From NCBI GenBank assembly GCA_002382085.1, contig DFZK01000014.1:15653-79652 (forward strand): a stretch of DNA of 64,000 nt, in the 5' to 3' direction. Shown piece after piece: positions 40,913-50,996 of the stretch. Position numbers and translations under genes: made by a program. The notes below the pieces were generated by a model. It saw nothing but the letters and a program-made list of their open reading frames with translations. It searched no databases and was not told where the DNA came from. The stretch is from Sulfurospirillum sp. UBA4058 (GTDB lineage Bacteria > Campylobacterota > Campylobacteria > Campylobacterales > Sulfurospirillaceae). Numbering within the stretch: position 1 is the stretch's first letter; every line of letters starts with the position of its first letter.

Positions 40913-42208
40913 TTAATCCTTGTAAAATAAAATAATTTTTTGAACAACCTGCGCAATGCGCTCTACCGAATCCAAATCGCACTCTTCGCGTACCGAGTGG
41001 GGATAACGAATCGTAGGTCCGATGGAGACTGCTTCGATTTTTTTCGATTGACGGGCGACGAGCTCACCGCATTCAAGTCCTGCATGAATCGCTTTAAAAA
41101 GAGCATGCGGGTAAAAAGTATGCATCGCCTCTCGTACGACGTCGGCAAAAGCACCGACGGAGGGCTTCCATGCTCCATGCCCGCCTTCAAGCTTACATGT
41201 AAAGCCAAAACCCTTAAAAAACGCCGTCGTTTCGTTTGCAAGTATAGCTAAATTTTCATCATCCATAGCACGAATCGAAACATCGACTCTAAGTTCGTTT
41301 TGCTTTTGCGCTACGATGCCGAGGTTCATACTGATAGAGGGAATATCCAAGGTCTTATCCCACGCACGGACACCTTGCGCAAAAGCACCCAAGGCACTCA
41401 CGATACGATCGCTTTGGGCGAGTGATTGCGTCAAAAGCGTATCTTCAAGACGACGTACCCGTATGCGAGGATCGGTAATGCCTAAAGGTTGAGAACATGC
41501 CACAATCGCCGTAGCACTTTTCGGAATCGCATTTAAACGTTCTCCGCCTTCGATCGAAACGAGTCGAATCTCTTTTTGATGCAATAATTCGTACGCCAAT
41601 GCTTTAATCGCCGAGGGGATCGATTTATCGATATCCACACCCGAATGCCCGCCTAAAAAATCAAACGCATGCACTTCGTAGAACAATGCCTCTTTTTCCA
41701 AAGGTTCGTACGTCAATTCCAAGCTTGCATGCAAATCAACGCCTCCGGCACAGCCGATGTAGATTTCACCCGCTTCTTCCGCATCTAAATTTAAAATATA
41801 ATCCGATCGTAGCGGCAACGAAAATCCCATTGCGCCTAAAAGCCCAACCTCTTCGTCGTTCGTAAAAAGGCATTCCAAGTCGTCGTTACGCTCCATCGCC
41901 CAAAACATTATCGCCATGCCCATACCGTTGTCCGCACCGAGCGTCGATGCACGTGCTTTGAGTAAAGAGCCTTCTTGATAAAGCACAATCGGATCGGTAT
42001 TGCCGATACACACCATATCGTAATGCGCTTGTAAACAAACGCGCGGCGTTCCTTTAACGCATAAAACGTTACCGCTAACGTCTTCTTGCACTAAATAGCC
42101 CAAATCGGACGCAAAATCTTTAATAAAATTCTTCATTTTTTCGGTACGGTAACTGCATCGGGGAACCGCACTAATCGCTTTAAAATGTTCTAAAATCGCT
42201 TGCATCAT
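40913..42208 (-). CDS. pepD: M20-family aminoacyl-histidine dipeptidase-like peptidase
   Basis: LGADNGMG, NDEEVGLLGA, 431 aa. Confidence 0.75.
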   Translation of the reverse strand: MMQAILEHFKAISAVPRCSYRTEKMKNFIKDFASDLGYLVQEDVSGNVLCVKGTPRVCLQAHYDMVCIGNTDPIVLYQEGSLLKARASTLGADNGMGMAIMFWAMERNDDLECLFTNDEEVGLLGAMGFSLPLRSDYILNLDAEEAGEIYIGCAGGVDLHASLELTYEPLEKEALFYEVHAFDFLGGHSGVDIDKSIPSAIKALAYELLHQKEIRLVSIEGGERLNAIPKSATAIVACSQPLGITDPRIRVRRLEDTLLTQSLAQSDRIVSALGAFAQGVRAWDKTLDIPSISMNLGIVAQKQNELRVDVSIRAMDDENLAILANETTAFFKGFGFTCKLEGGHGAWKPSVGAFADVVREAMHTFYPHALFKAIHAGLECGELVARQSKKIEAVSIGPTIRYPHSVREECDLDSVERIAQVVQKIILFYKD

Positions 42209-42250
42209 GACCCTTGAAAAATTAATCGTCGAAATGGTATTATACCCCTC

Positions 42251-42469
42251 ATGAAAACAATATTAATCCTTTTACCTCTTTTTCTTTTTCAAGGATGCCT
42301 CTATTTTAACGATCGCGGCGTATCGGGAAGATACTATAACGATTGTAAAGAATACTACGATTCAATGGGCGTCTACCACAAAACGTGCGACGAAAATATC
42401 GTGGATTATAAAACCGTCACCGACGGCGTGGGTAAAGGCGTCGATAAAACCAAAAGTCTTTTTGAATAA
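42251..42469 (+). CDS. small lipoprotein
   Basis: Lipobox LFLFQGC. Confidence 0.5.
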   Translation: MKTILILLPLFLFQGCLYFNDRGVSGRYYNDCKEYYDSMGVYHKTCDENIVDYKTVTDGVGKGVDKTKSLFE

Positions 42470-43371
42470 TGTCTGCTTTGGATACGATTCGCCAAGAGCG
42501 CCTCGCTTGGCTTGAGTGGAAAGATATTAAGCCGATGCGAGAAGCGCTCTCTTTTCTTCCGCAGTTTCAAACGTTACATGTAACGCTTGAAGATTGCATT
42601 CGCGTCGATGACGCTTCCCTCTCTTCAGAGGTGCGAAATCTCGTTCAAGAGTGCGCTAAGAAGCTCATGCCGTGGCGAAAAGGACCGTTTCAACTTTTCG
42701 ATACCTTCATCGATACCGAATGGCAAAGCTTTATCAAATACAATCTTTTAGAACCTCATTTTAATCTCGAAGGTAAAATCGTCGGCGACATCGGTTGTAA
42801 CAACGGTTATTATCTGTTTCGTATGCTGGCGCAAAAACCCCAAAAATTGGTCGGATTCGACCCTTCCGCTTTGTATAAAACCCAATTTGACTTTATCAAT
42901 CGTTTTGTCCAAAGCGACATCGTCTACGAAATGCTCGGCGTCGAGCACCTTCCCATGTACGAGCATCGCTTCGATACCCTTTTTTGCTTAGGCGTTTTGT
43001 ACCATCGAAGCGACCCGATTCAAACCCTCAAGTCCCTGTATCAAGGATTGAATCAAGGAGGCGAACTCTTCTTGGATACTTTTATGATCGACGGAGAGAG
43101 TCCCGTGGCACTCGCTCCTGCACATACCTATTCTAAAATCCCCAACGTCTATTTCGTTCCGACGGTTCAAGCCCTTTTCAATTGGCTCGAACGCGCGAAA
43201 TTTAAAGACGCGGAAGTCTTGGAAATCAAAGTCACCGATACGAACGAACAACGTAAAACCGAGTGGATTTTCGGCGAAAGTTTGGAACAGTTTTTAGATC
43301 CTCAAGATCCGAGTCGAACGATAGAAGGCTATCCCGCGCCTAAACGCGTCTACGTTAAAGCAAAACGTTAA
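42469..43371 (+). CDS. cmoB: tRNA U34 carboxymethyltransferase
   Basis: [21 protein letters not shown]. Confidence 0.85.
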   Translation: MSALDTIRQERLAWLEWKDIKPMREALSFLPQFQTLHVTLEDCIRVDDASLSSEVRNLVQECAKKLMPWRKGPFQLFDTFIDTEWQSFIKYNLLEPHFNLEGKIVGDIGCNNGYYLFRMLAQKPQKLVGFDPSALYKTQFDFINRFVQSDIVYEMLGVEHLPMYEHRFDTLFCLGVLYHRSDPIQTLKSLYQGLNQGGELFLDTFMIDGESPVALAPAHTYSKIPNVYFVPTVQALFNWLERAKFKDAEVLEIKVTDTNEQRKTEWIFGESLEQFLDPQDPSRTIEGYPAPKRVYVKAKR

Positions 43372-43413
43372 AACGCCGATTTGTCTTTCATAATTTTAGA
43401 GCAAGGATGCTAG

Positions 43414-43965
43414 ATGGGAAAGAATAAGTTAGGACTCGTCAAAGAGATGATCGAAAATACGGCGGCATACGACGATATAGCGTCCGAAGATGCAACCGAC
43501 GAGTCAATGCTCGATGAAAACGTCATCGATTTCCACGAAGGACTGAAAACCCATCAAAAGATCAAAAATGCCTACGTCGGGTCTCTAAGCGCACTCTCCA
43601 AGAACAGTGCTAAAGTCGTCTTTCAAACCACCTACGAAATGGCGGTCGACGATTTAGGCTTAGTGCATAACGGCTTTATTTTCGGTGCGGCGGAGTATGC
43701 CGCCGTTGCGGCAATTAACGAAGCCAATCTCGTTATTATCGGATGTCGCTCGAAATTTTTTGCACCTGCCCGCGTCGGTGATATTATCTCGTTTGAAGCC
43801 AAAGGCAGATTTGAAGAAGCGCGCAAACGTGAAGTCAAAGTCATCGGTATCATCAACGAAATCAAAGTGTTTGAAGGCGTTTTTCAAGCCGTTTTACTCG
43901 AACACCATATTTTAGAGACGAAATTAGACGATTTGCAAGCCAATCTCGCTAAAGAATTTGCTTAA
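43414..43965 (+). CDS. hotdog-fold thioesterase-like protein with acidic N-terminal extension
   Basis: VHNGFIFGAAEYAAV segment. Confidence 0.5.
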   Translation: MGKNKLGLVKEMIENTAAYDDIASEDATDESMLDENVIDFHEGLKTHQKIKNAYVGSLSALSKNSAKVVFQTTYEMAVDDLGLVHNGFIFGAAEYAAVAAINEANLVIIGCRSKFFAPARVGDIISFEAKGRFEEARKREVKVIGIINEIKVFEGVFQAVLLEHHILETKLDDLQANLAKEFA

Positions 43966-44555
43966 AAAGAGTCCAACCAATACGGTATATTCTGCTGTTC
44001 GGCTTTGACACTGGTTTTTTCGCCGTGTCCGGGAAAAATTTCCCAATCGTCTTTAAGCGTTAAAAATTGCTCTAAACTGTGTCGCATTTGCGAAGCGTCG
44101 CTGTAAGGAAAATCGTACCGACCGATGGATCGACGAAAAATAAAATCCCCGCTAAAAAGTTTATCAGCAATACGAATCATACTGCATCCCGGCGTATGTC
44201 CCGGGCAATGTAAAAACGTGACGTCGATGCCCTCTATCGTAAAGCTTTGGTCACCCACGACTTCCACGTCGGCTTTTGATGAAGGCGTACCTTGTAAAAA
44301 AGGATCGTTTTCAAGCATAAAGCAATCGTCTTTGGGCGCATAAATCGGTATGCCGAATCTCTTAACCAATGCGGCGTTACTCCAAACGTGATCGAAATGA
44401 CCGTGCGTATTTAAAACGGCGACCGGATGCGTTACGTTACGTTCTACCCAAGCAAATGCATCGACGCCCGGATCGATAATCAGTTCTTTATCGTTGCTCC
44501 TGACGATGTAACAGTTCGTTCCGTACGCGCCGCATGCGCGATGCATTATCTCCAT
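43962..44555 (-). CDS. MBL-fold metallo-hydrolase
   Basis: HGHFDH motif; ATG 44555 after GGAAGGA. Confidence 0.8.
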   Translation of the reverse strand: MEIMHRACGAYGTNCYIVRSNDKELIIDPGVDAFAWVERNVTHPVAVLNTHGHFDHVWSNAALVKRFGIPIYAPKDDCFMLENDPFLQGTPSSKADVEVVGDQSFTIEGIDVTFLHCPGHTPGCSMIRIADKLFSGDFIFRRSIGRYDFPYSDASQMRHSLEQFLTLKDDWEIFPGHGEKTSVKAEQQNIPYWLDSF

Positions 44556-44680
44556 AATCGATCCTTCCGAGATGACAATTTTTAAAAAGTGTAACATAAC
44601 TCTTCTTGGATTTCTTTTGAAGCTTAAAAGAATGCATTAATTTTATCTTGTGTATAATTAGTCGACTTAGGCGTGCGCGC

Positions 44681-44690
44681 TTACATGTAA
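44681..44690. repeat. iterated palindrome copy TTACATGTAA (intergenic, upstream of nadE)
   Basis: Read directly. Confidence 0.9.
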
Positions 44691-44768
44691 GTCTAAGCCG
44701 CTATGCAAAGACAAAGAGTTCCGCAAAACCTTAGAGAGTCGTTGCTTACATTTTGTAAAGGTCGTAGT

Positions 44769-45536
44769 ATGAACAAATATGAAAAAATCGAAGCTTACTT
44801 GGTTCAATTTTTGAAAGACGAAGTTGCCAAAGCGGGATTTTCCAAAGTCGTTTTAGGCATTAGCGGCGGCGTAGATTCGGCCGTAGTGGCTCTTTTAGCA
44901 CGTCAAGCGTTTCCCAACGCTCTGTTAGGGCTCATGCTTCCGGCTTCCACGTCCAGCAATGCCAGCATCGAACATGCAAGCGAGTTATGCGAAAAATTCG
45001 GTATTCGTTATGAAAAAATTCCCGTAGGTCCCTTGGTAGATACGTACTTTAACCGTCATCCCGACGCTTCGAAACTTCGTATCGGAAATTTTAGCGCACG
45101 TATGCGAATGTCCGTTTTATACGATATTTCCGCACGTGAAAACGCGCTTGTTTTGGGTACGGGAAATAAAAGCGAAATTCTTTTAGGATACGGTACGATT
45201 TTCGGCGACTTGGCATGCGCAATCAACCCCATCGGGAATCTTTACAAAACGGAAATTTTTGAATTGGCGCACCATTTAGGCGTCCCCGATTCTATCTTAA
45301 ACAAAGCCCCTTCCGCCGATTTATGGGAAGACCAAAGCGACGAGGGAGAGTTTGGTTTTACCTATGCTCAAATCGACAAAGTCCTTTTTGCGCATATCGA
45401 AGAGAAGAAAGATAAACATGCGCTCATCGCACTCGGATTTGAACGTGAACTCGTCGAAATGACCCTCAATCGTATCGAAAGCAATCGTTTTAAAGGTAAA
45501 CTTCCCACTATCGCTGATTTACATAGCGTCAAATAA
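44769..45536 (+). CDS. nadE: ammonia-dependent NAD+ synthetase
   Basis: PP-loop GISGGVDSAV; ATG 44769. Confidence 0.9.
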   Translation: MNKYEKIEAYLVQFLKDEVAKAGFSKVVLGISGGVDSAVVALLARQAFPNALLGLMLPASTSSNASIEHASELCEKFGIRYEKIPVGPLVDTYFNRHPDASKLRIGNFSARMRMSVLYDISARENALVLGTGNKSEILLGYGTIFGDLACAINPIGNLYKTEIFELAHHLGVPDSILNKAPSADLWEDQSDEGEFGFTYAQIDKVLFAHIEEKKDKHALIALGFERELVEMTLNRIESNRFKGKLPTIADLHSVK

Positions 45537-45545
45537 AGGACTATT

Positions 45546-46679
45546 ATGAAAGAAATACCGTTTTACAAGCCTTATATCGATCAACGCGAGCGTTCTTTAA
45601 TCAACGAAGTCTTGGATTTGGAAAAAGCGAACAAAGTCGAAACGCTTGAAAAAGAGTTTATCAAGTATATCGATTGCGGCGATGCGATTTCGACCGTAAA
45701 CGGTACGGCGGCGATGCATCTTGCTATGTGTGCGTTGGATCTCAAGCGCGGCGATAAAATCATCTGTTCGGTCAACGCTTTTCCTTCCGTAGCCGAAGTC
45801 GTACGTCACTTTGACGCCGAACCGATTTTTGTCGATATCGACAAAGACGATTTTAACATCGACGTCGATCAATTGGAAAGCGTTCTTAAAAACAACAAAG
45901 CTAAAAAACTTAAAGGTGCGTTTATCAGCCATATCGCCGGTCAGCCTGCCGATATGAACCGTATTTACGAATTGGCGCGCCATTACGACATTAAAATCGT
46001 CGAAGACGCAACCGCCGCACTCGGAGCAACGTACGATAAGAAAAAAATAGGCTCTCTTGAAGCAGACATTACCGTTTTTCGTTTCAATCCGCAATCCAAT
46101 TACTCCGTTTCCAGTGCCGGTATTATGACGACCAAAGACGAAGAACTCAGCCGCCGCGCACGTCTTTTGCGTAACCATGCGATCGTCAGCGAAGGTTGGG
46201 ACAAATTCGGTAACATCGGCTACGTTTACGACGTCGTCGATATCGGACTTAAATACGATCTTAATGAACTCAATGCCGCTTTTGCGATCGGTCAGTTGGA
46301 AAAAAACAACGATTTTATCGAACGCAGAATGGAAATTGCCGATATTTACAACCGTGAGCTTGCTTCGTGCCCGCACGTGAGCACTCCGGTCAAAAAACGC
46401 GACCATATTTACACGCAATACATCATTAAAATCGATAAAAACCGCGACAATTTTGCTCGTGAATTGAAAGACAAAGGCATTTATACGGGACTTCATTTTA
46501 TTCCCTTGCATCTTTTAAGCTACTACAAACACAAATACAATTTACGGGTAAACGATTTTCCAAAAGCCCTCAGTAACTATCAGCAAATTCTCTCTTTGCC
46601 GATCTATTCAAGCCTCAGCGACAAAGAGGTTTTACACGTGTGCGAACAGATCAAAGAAATTGCTAAAAACCGTGTTTAA
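45546..46679 (+). CDS. DegT/DnrJ/EryC1/StrS-family aminotransferase-like protein (canonical PLP lysine not evident)
   Basis: Family pattern: NGTAAMHLAM, RGDKIICSVNAF, IVEDATAALGA. In the FxFxxxK position the sequence reads FRFNPQS. Confidence 0.75.
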   Translation: MKEIPFYKPYIDQRERSLINEVLDLEKANKVETLEKEFIKYIDCGDAISTVNGTAAMHLAMCALDLKRGDKIICSVNAFPSVAEVVRHFDAEPIFVDIDKDDFNIDVDQLESVLKNNKAKKLKGAFISHIAGQPADMNRIYELARHYDIKIVEDATAALGATYDKKKIGSLEADITVFRFNPQSNYSVSSAGIMTTKDEELSRRARLLRNHAIVSEGWDKFGNIGYVYDVVDIGLKYDLNELNAAFAIGQLEKNNDFIERRMEIADIYNRELASCPHVSTPVKKRDHIYTQYIIKIDKNRDNFARELKDKGIYTGLHFIPLHLLSYYKHKYNLRVNDFPKALSNYQQILSLPIYSSLSDKEVLHVCEQIKEIAKNRV

Positions 46680-47610
46680 AAACCCGAAGTTCGTTTTATG
46701 GGTAGAAGAGTATCTTTTCTACCCGCATACGTTAAGCCATAAACTCCTCTCTTATGCTCTTTTACCGATTAGTTTTCTTTACTGTGCGATAACCCTTTTT
46801 AAACGTTATCGAGGGAAAAAGAAACGACTGAGTTTCGGTATTCCGATTATTAGCGTCGGTAATTTAACCCTCGGGGGCAACGGAAAAACGCCTTTTTGCA
46901 TTACGCTGGCGCAACAGTATGAAAATGTTGCCGTCATTTTGCGAGGATACGGAAGAAAATCGCACGGTATGCTTGTCGTAAGCGATCGCGGGCAAATGAT
47001 GTGCGATGCGATGGCAAGCGGCGATGAAGCGATGTTGTATGCCAAAGCCTTGCCCGACGCTACCGTCATCGTCAGCGAAGACCGCGTTGAGGCGATTCGC
47101 CTTGCGAAGAAAAAAGGGGCAAAACTCATCTTTTTAGACGACGGTTTTTCCAAAAGCCACATCGCTAAAATCGATATTTTGATGAAACCCAATCCTGAAC
47201 CGATCAATTCGTTTTGCCTTCCGAGCGGACCGTATCGAGAACCTCGTTTTTTATATCAAAAAGCCGATCTGATTATTAGTGAAGGCGTTGATTTTCTCCG
47301 TCGCGTCGAGGTTGTTGCTCCGACATGCAAAATGCTATTGGTCACCGCCATTTCCAAACCGAGCCGTTTAGACGCTTACCTTCCCGATAACGTTATCGGC
47401 AAAGTGGCTTTTCCGGATCATTACATGTACACGGAAAAAGAGCTTGAAACACTCCTACACGCGTATCAAGCAACATCGATACTGACGACGCAAAAAGACG
47501 CCGTCAAGATGGCGACGTTTGATCTACCGCTTTCTATTTTAAAACTCGACATCGACATCTTCCCCGAAACGCTGACAAAAATCAACGCACTTTTAGCTCC
47601 TAAACGCTAA
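46660..47610 (+). CDS. lpxK: tetraacyldisaccharide 4'-kinase
   Basis: P-loop GNLTLGGNGKTP. The start is uncertain (TTG 46660 or GTG 46672). Confidence 0.85.
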   Translation: MLKTVFKNPKFVLWVEEYLFYPHTLSHKLLSYALLPISFLYCAITLFKRYRGKKKRLSFGIPIISVGNLTLGGNGKTPFCITLAQQYENVAVILRGYGRKSHGMLVVSDRGQMMCDAMASGDEAMLYAKALPDATVIVSEDRVEAIRLAKKKGAKLIFLDDGFSKSHIAKIDILMKPNPEPINSFCLPSGPYREPRFLYQKADLIISEGVDFLRRVEVVAPTCKMLLVTAISKPSRLDAYLPDNVIGKVAFPDHYMYTEKELETLLHAYQATSILTTQKDAVKMATFDLPLSILKLDIDIFPETLTKINALLAPKR

Positions 47611-47647
47611 AATAAACCCTCTGAAATTGTCCCCAAAGGATACGAAC

Positions 47648-48499
47648 GTGCAACATAAAATTCATCAAGCACAAATCTTAATGGACGCGCTTCCTTATAT
47701 TAAACTTTTTAATAAAAAAACCATCGTGATCAAATACGGCGGAGCGGCGCAAATCAACCCCGAACTCAAAGAAAAATTTGCCAAAGACTTGGTACTTTTG
47801 TACCTTGTCGGCATTAAACCCGTCATCGTTCACGGCGGCGGTAAAAAAATCAATGCGCTTTTAGATAAACTCGACGTACAAAGCAGTTTCGTCGACGGTC
47901 TTCGCGTGACGGACGAACATGTCATGGAAGTCGTCGAAATGGTTTTAAGCGGTAGTATCAATAAAGAGATTACGACGCTTTTGAACCATAACGGCGCAAA
48001 AGCCATCGGTATTACGGGCAAAGACGCCAATTTTATGCGTGCAAAACCCCTCAGTGAAGGACGCTACGGTTTGGTCGGCGACATTACGCACATCAATAAA
48101 AAAGTCATCAAAAAATTGATGGAAGAAAAATTTATTCCCGTTATTGCGCCGATTGCCGCAGGCGATACGCCCGAACATCCCGGATACAATATCAACGCCG
48201 ATCTTGCCGCCAGTAAAATCGCCGTGGCGCTCAAAGCCAAAAAAATCATCTTCTTAACCGATACTCCGGGCGTTCTCGATAAAGAAGGCAACCTCATTTC
48301 CGTTTTGGATAAAGCTAAAATCAAAGAACTCAAAAAAGACGGCACGATCAGCGGGGGAATGATTCCTAAGCTAGATGCTTGCTTGGAAACCGTTCGCGCG
48401 GGCGTCGAATGTGCACACATTATCGACGGACGCATCGAGCACTCGATTTTATTAGAGCTTTTTACCAAAGACGGTATCGGCACCATTATTAAAGAATAA
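47648..48499 (+). CDS. argB: acetylglutamate kinase
   Basis: ALPYIKLF, VIKYGG, VHGGG. GTG 47648 follows AAGGA; TTG 47627 in the track is an alternative start. Confidence 0.9.
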   Translation: MQHKIHQAQILMDALPYIKLFNKKTIVIKYGGAAQINPELKEKFAKDLVLLYLVGIKPVIVHGGGKKINALLDKLDVQSSFVDGLRVTDEHVMEVVEMVLSGSINKEITTLLNHNGAKAIGITGKDANFMRAKPLSEGRYGLVGDITHINKKVIKKLMEEKFIPVIAPIAAGDTPEHPGYNINADLAASKIAVALKAKKIIFLTDTPGVLDKEGNLISVLDKAKIKELKKDGTISGGMIPKLDACLETVRAGVECAHIIDGRIEHSILLELFTKDGIGTIIKE

Positions 48500-48515
48500 G
48501 AGCTAAAGGAATTCT

Positions 48516-50012
48516 ATGTTTATCGAAACTCGCGGAAACGACGGCATTAAACCTCAAAACGTCCCGTTTTCGTTTGCCATTTTAAATCCAAGCGCAAGCT
48601 TCGGCGGACTTTACGTACCGGAAACTCTCCCTAAAATCGATACCGATTTTTTAGCAAAAGCCGTTCATAAAAGCTATAAAGAGATTACCTTAGACATTTT
48701 ACGGCTTTTTAAAATCGATATCGAAGACAAGGTCATGCAAGAAGCGGTTGCTCTTTACGATGCGTTTGACGATGCAAAAGAGCCTACGCCGCTCGTTCAA
48801 ATCGAAAACGATCTTTTCGTGAATGAGCTCTACCATGGACCTACGCGCGCCTTTAAAGATATGGCGTTACAGCCTTTCGGTTATATTCTCTCCCATCTTG
48901 CGCAACAACGAAACGAACGTTACCTTATCTTAGCGGCAACCAGCGGCGATACGGGGCCTGCCACCTTAGACACGTTTGCCGACAAAGCCAACATTCAAGT
49001 CGTTTGCCTCTATCCAAACGGTGGAACCAGCGACGTGCAACGCCTTCAAATGACGACGCAAAAAAGCTCTAACCTCAAAATTATCGGTATTCACGGCAAT
49101 TTCGACGATGCACAAAACGCGCTTAAAACGCTTTTGGCTTCACCGACGTTCAAAGAGGCTCTTCATGCCAAAGAGATCAAGCTCAGTGCCGCTAATTCGG
49201 TGAATTTCGGACGGATTATTTTTCAGATCGTTTACCATATTTACGCCTATATTGCGTTGCTAAAACAGCATAAAGCAACGCTTGGAGAACCTTTTTATAC
49301 GATTATTCCGAGCGGTAACTTCGGAAATGCGTTAGGAGCTTACTACGCTAAAAAAATGGGTTTGCCGATTGAAAAAATTCTAATCGCTTCCAATATCAAT
49401 AATATCCTAACCGATCTGATCACGACGGGCGTGTACGACTTGCGCGGTCGAAGCTTGCTGCAAACCACTTCTCCGGCAATGGATATTTTGATCTCGTCCA
49501 ACGTCGAGCGCGTTTTATTCGACAAATTTGGTGCAACACGAACCAAAGAACTGATGGAATCGCTCAAAGAAAACAAAATCTATACGCTAAGCAATCCAGA
49601 GCTTTTATCCTTGCAAGAAGATTTTGAGGCGGTCTATTGCGACGACGCTTTCGGTAAAGAACAGATCCGCCATTATGCCAATCAAGGCTATGTACTCGAT
49701 CCGCATACGGCAACATGCCTCAAAGCGTATCAAACGCTTAAAGTAAAACCGCTTCCATGCGTCTTATGTTCCACCGCCGAATGGACGAAATTTGCACCGA
49801 CGATGCTCAATGCCATTCGACAAGATACGCAAAAATACCATGACAAAGAGGCGTTAGAAGGTTTTGCACAAACGTTACGGGTGAGTATTCCGCATTGCAT
49901 CCAAAACCTTTTTAACGAAACGGTCGTTCACGATCGCGTCGTCGAAAAAGATCGCATCGAAGCAGAAATCTTTGATTTCTTAAATGCTACATGTCAAAAG
50001 GATGCGCAGTGA
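48516..50012 (+). CDS. thrC: threonine synthase
   Basis: PLP-lysine motif PTRAFKDMALQ, 498 aa. Confidence 0.9.
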   Translation: MFIETRGNDGIKPQNVPFSFAILNPSASFGGLYVPETLPKIDTDFLAKAVHKSYKEITLDILRLFKIDIEDKVMQEAVALYDAFDDAKEPTPLVQIENDLFVNELYHGPTRAFKDMALQPFGYILSHLAQQRNERYLILAATSGDTGPATLDTFADKANIQVVCLYPNGGTSDVQRLQMTTQKSSNLKIIGIHGNFDDAQNALKTLLASPTFKEALHAKEIKLSAANSVNFGRIIFQIVYHIYAYIALLKQHKATLGEPFYTIIPSGNFGNALGAYYAKKMGLPIEKILIASNINNILTDLITTGVYDLRGRSLLQTTSPAMDILISSNVERVLFDKFGATRTKELMESLKENKIYTLSNPELLSLQEDFEAVYCDDAFGKEQIRHYANQGYVLDPHTATCLKAYQTLKVKPLPCVLCSTAEWTKFAPTMLNAIRQDTQKYHDKEALEGFAQTLRVSIPHCIQNLFNETVVHDRVVEKDRIEAEIFDFLNATCQKDAQ

Positions 50013-50719
50013 TTATCATCCCCGCACGTTTTGCGTCGACGCGTTTTCCGGGGAAAATTTTAGCTCCGATCGACGGTATTCCGATGGTGATTGCAACCGC
50101 CAAGCGCGTACAACATCTTGATAACGTTGCGATTGCCGCCGATACCGAAGAGGTCGCGGCATTAGCCCAATCTTACGGATTCAAGGCGATTTTAACTTCC
50201 CAAGAGCATCAAAGCGGAACGGACCGCATTAATGAAGCCGCATCCAAACTCCGCCTTGCCGCAGACGAGATTATCGTGAACGTGCAAGCGGATGAACCGT
50301 TTATCGAAGAAAGCGTCGTTCAAAGCGTTATTCAACGAGCCCGACAAACCGAAGCGATGATTACCAGCGCATGTAAGCCGATCGATCTTTTACATGTCAA
50401 AGATCCTAATCTCGTCAAGGTTATTTTAGATGCGAACGATCAAGCGATCTATTTTTCCAGAAGCGCGATTCCCTATGACCGTGAAGGCGGTTTTGAGGGT
50501 TATTTCGGGCATTTAGGGATTTATGCTTTTCGCAAAGAGGCATTGGAAACCTTTTGTGCACTTCCTTACGCACCTCTCGAACATATTGAAAAACTTGAGC
50601 AACTACGTGCTTTATACCACGGCTACAAAATCGCCATGGTAAAAGTTCAAAGTCAAAGCTTCGGTATCGATACTCCCGAAGATTTAGAGCGCGCATTACG
50701 CTTTTTTAAGCGTTCGTAA
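50009..50719 (+). CDS. kdsB: 3-deoxy-manno-octulosonate cytidylyltransferase
   Basis: VIIIPARFASTRFPGK. The GTG start overlaps the thrC stop (GTGA). Confidence 0.9.
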   Translation: MIIIPARFASTRFPGKILAPIDGIPMVIATAKRVQHLDNVAIAADTEEVAALAQSYGFKAILTSQEHQSGTDRINEAASKLRLAADEIIVNVQADEPFIEESVVQSVIQRARQTEAMITSACKPIDLLHVKDPNLVKVILDANDQAIYFSRSAIPYDREGGFEGYFGHLGIYAFRKEALETFCALPYAPLEHIEKLEQLRALYHGYKIAMVKVQSQSFGIDTPEDLERALRFFKRS

Positions 50720-50996
50720 GTACAAACTCTTTGAGAGACGTATCGAAGCGGTATGTCTCCATCGGGTTTTCCCCGACTTGAAACATTATACGGCATTCTA
50801 AAAATCCCGATTTATCCAAAGCTTTACCCACGACTTCCATAATAAACGCTCGCGTACTAAAAAGATGCGTCGTCGTATCGCCTTCGTATGCAAACGACTC
50901 CCCGAGAATGGGCGTAAAACCCTCTTTCTTCAAATGCTTTTCAAAAACGACTTGATCGTTCAAGCCCTCAACGTCAACGACTAAAATTACCTTCAT
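50706..50996 (-). CDS. hypothetical 96-aa protein, abuts dsbD
   Basis: ORF starts directly after the dsbD stop; no family recognised. Confidence 0.4.
   Translation of the reverse strand: MKVILVVDVEGLNDQVVFEKHLKKEGFTPILGESFAYEGDTTTHLFSTRAFIMEVVGKALDKSGFLECRIMFQVGENPMETYRFDTSLKEFVLTNA

Noticed and set aside
45597-46511. 304-aa ORF antisense to the DegT-family gene. Similar long antisense ORFs lie at 54642-55139 (dnaK), 22034-22516 and 21560-21943 (proS), 22917-23438 (hemA/proS), 35641-36018 (hisD), 46806-47207 (lpxK), 48064-48486 (argB), and 61960-62379 and 63342-63749 (RTX).
   Set aside because: These are shadow ORFs opposite genes with unmistakable family motifs. Their translations are low-complexity and unprotein-like.
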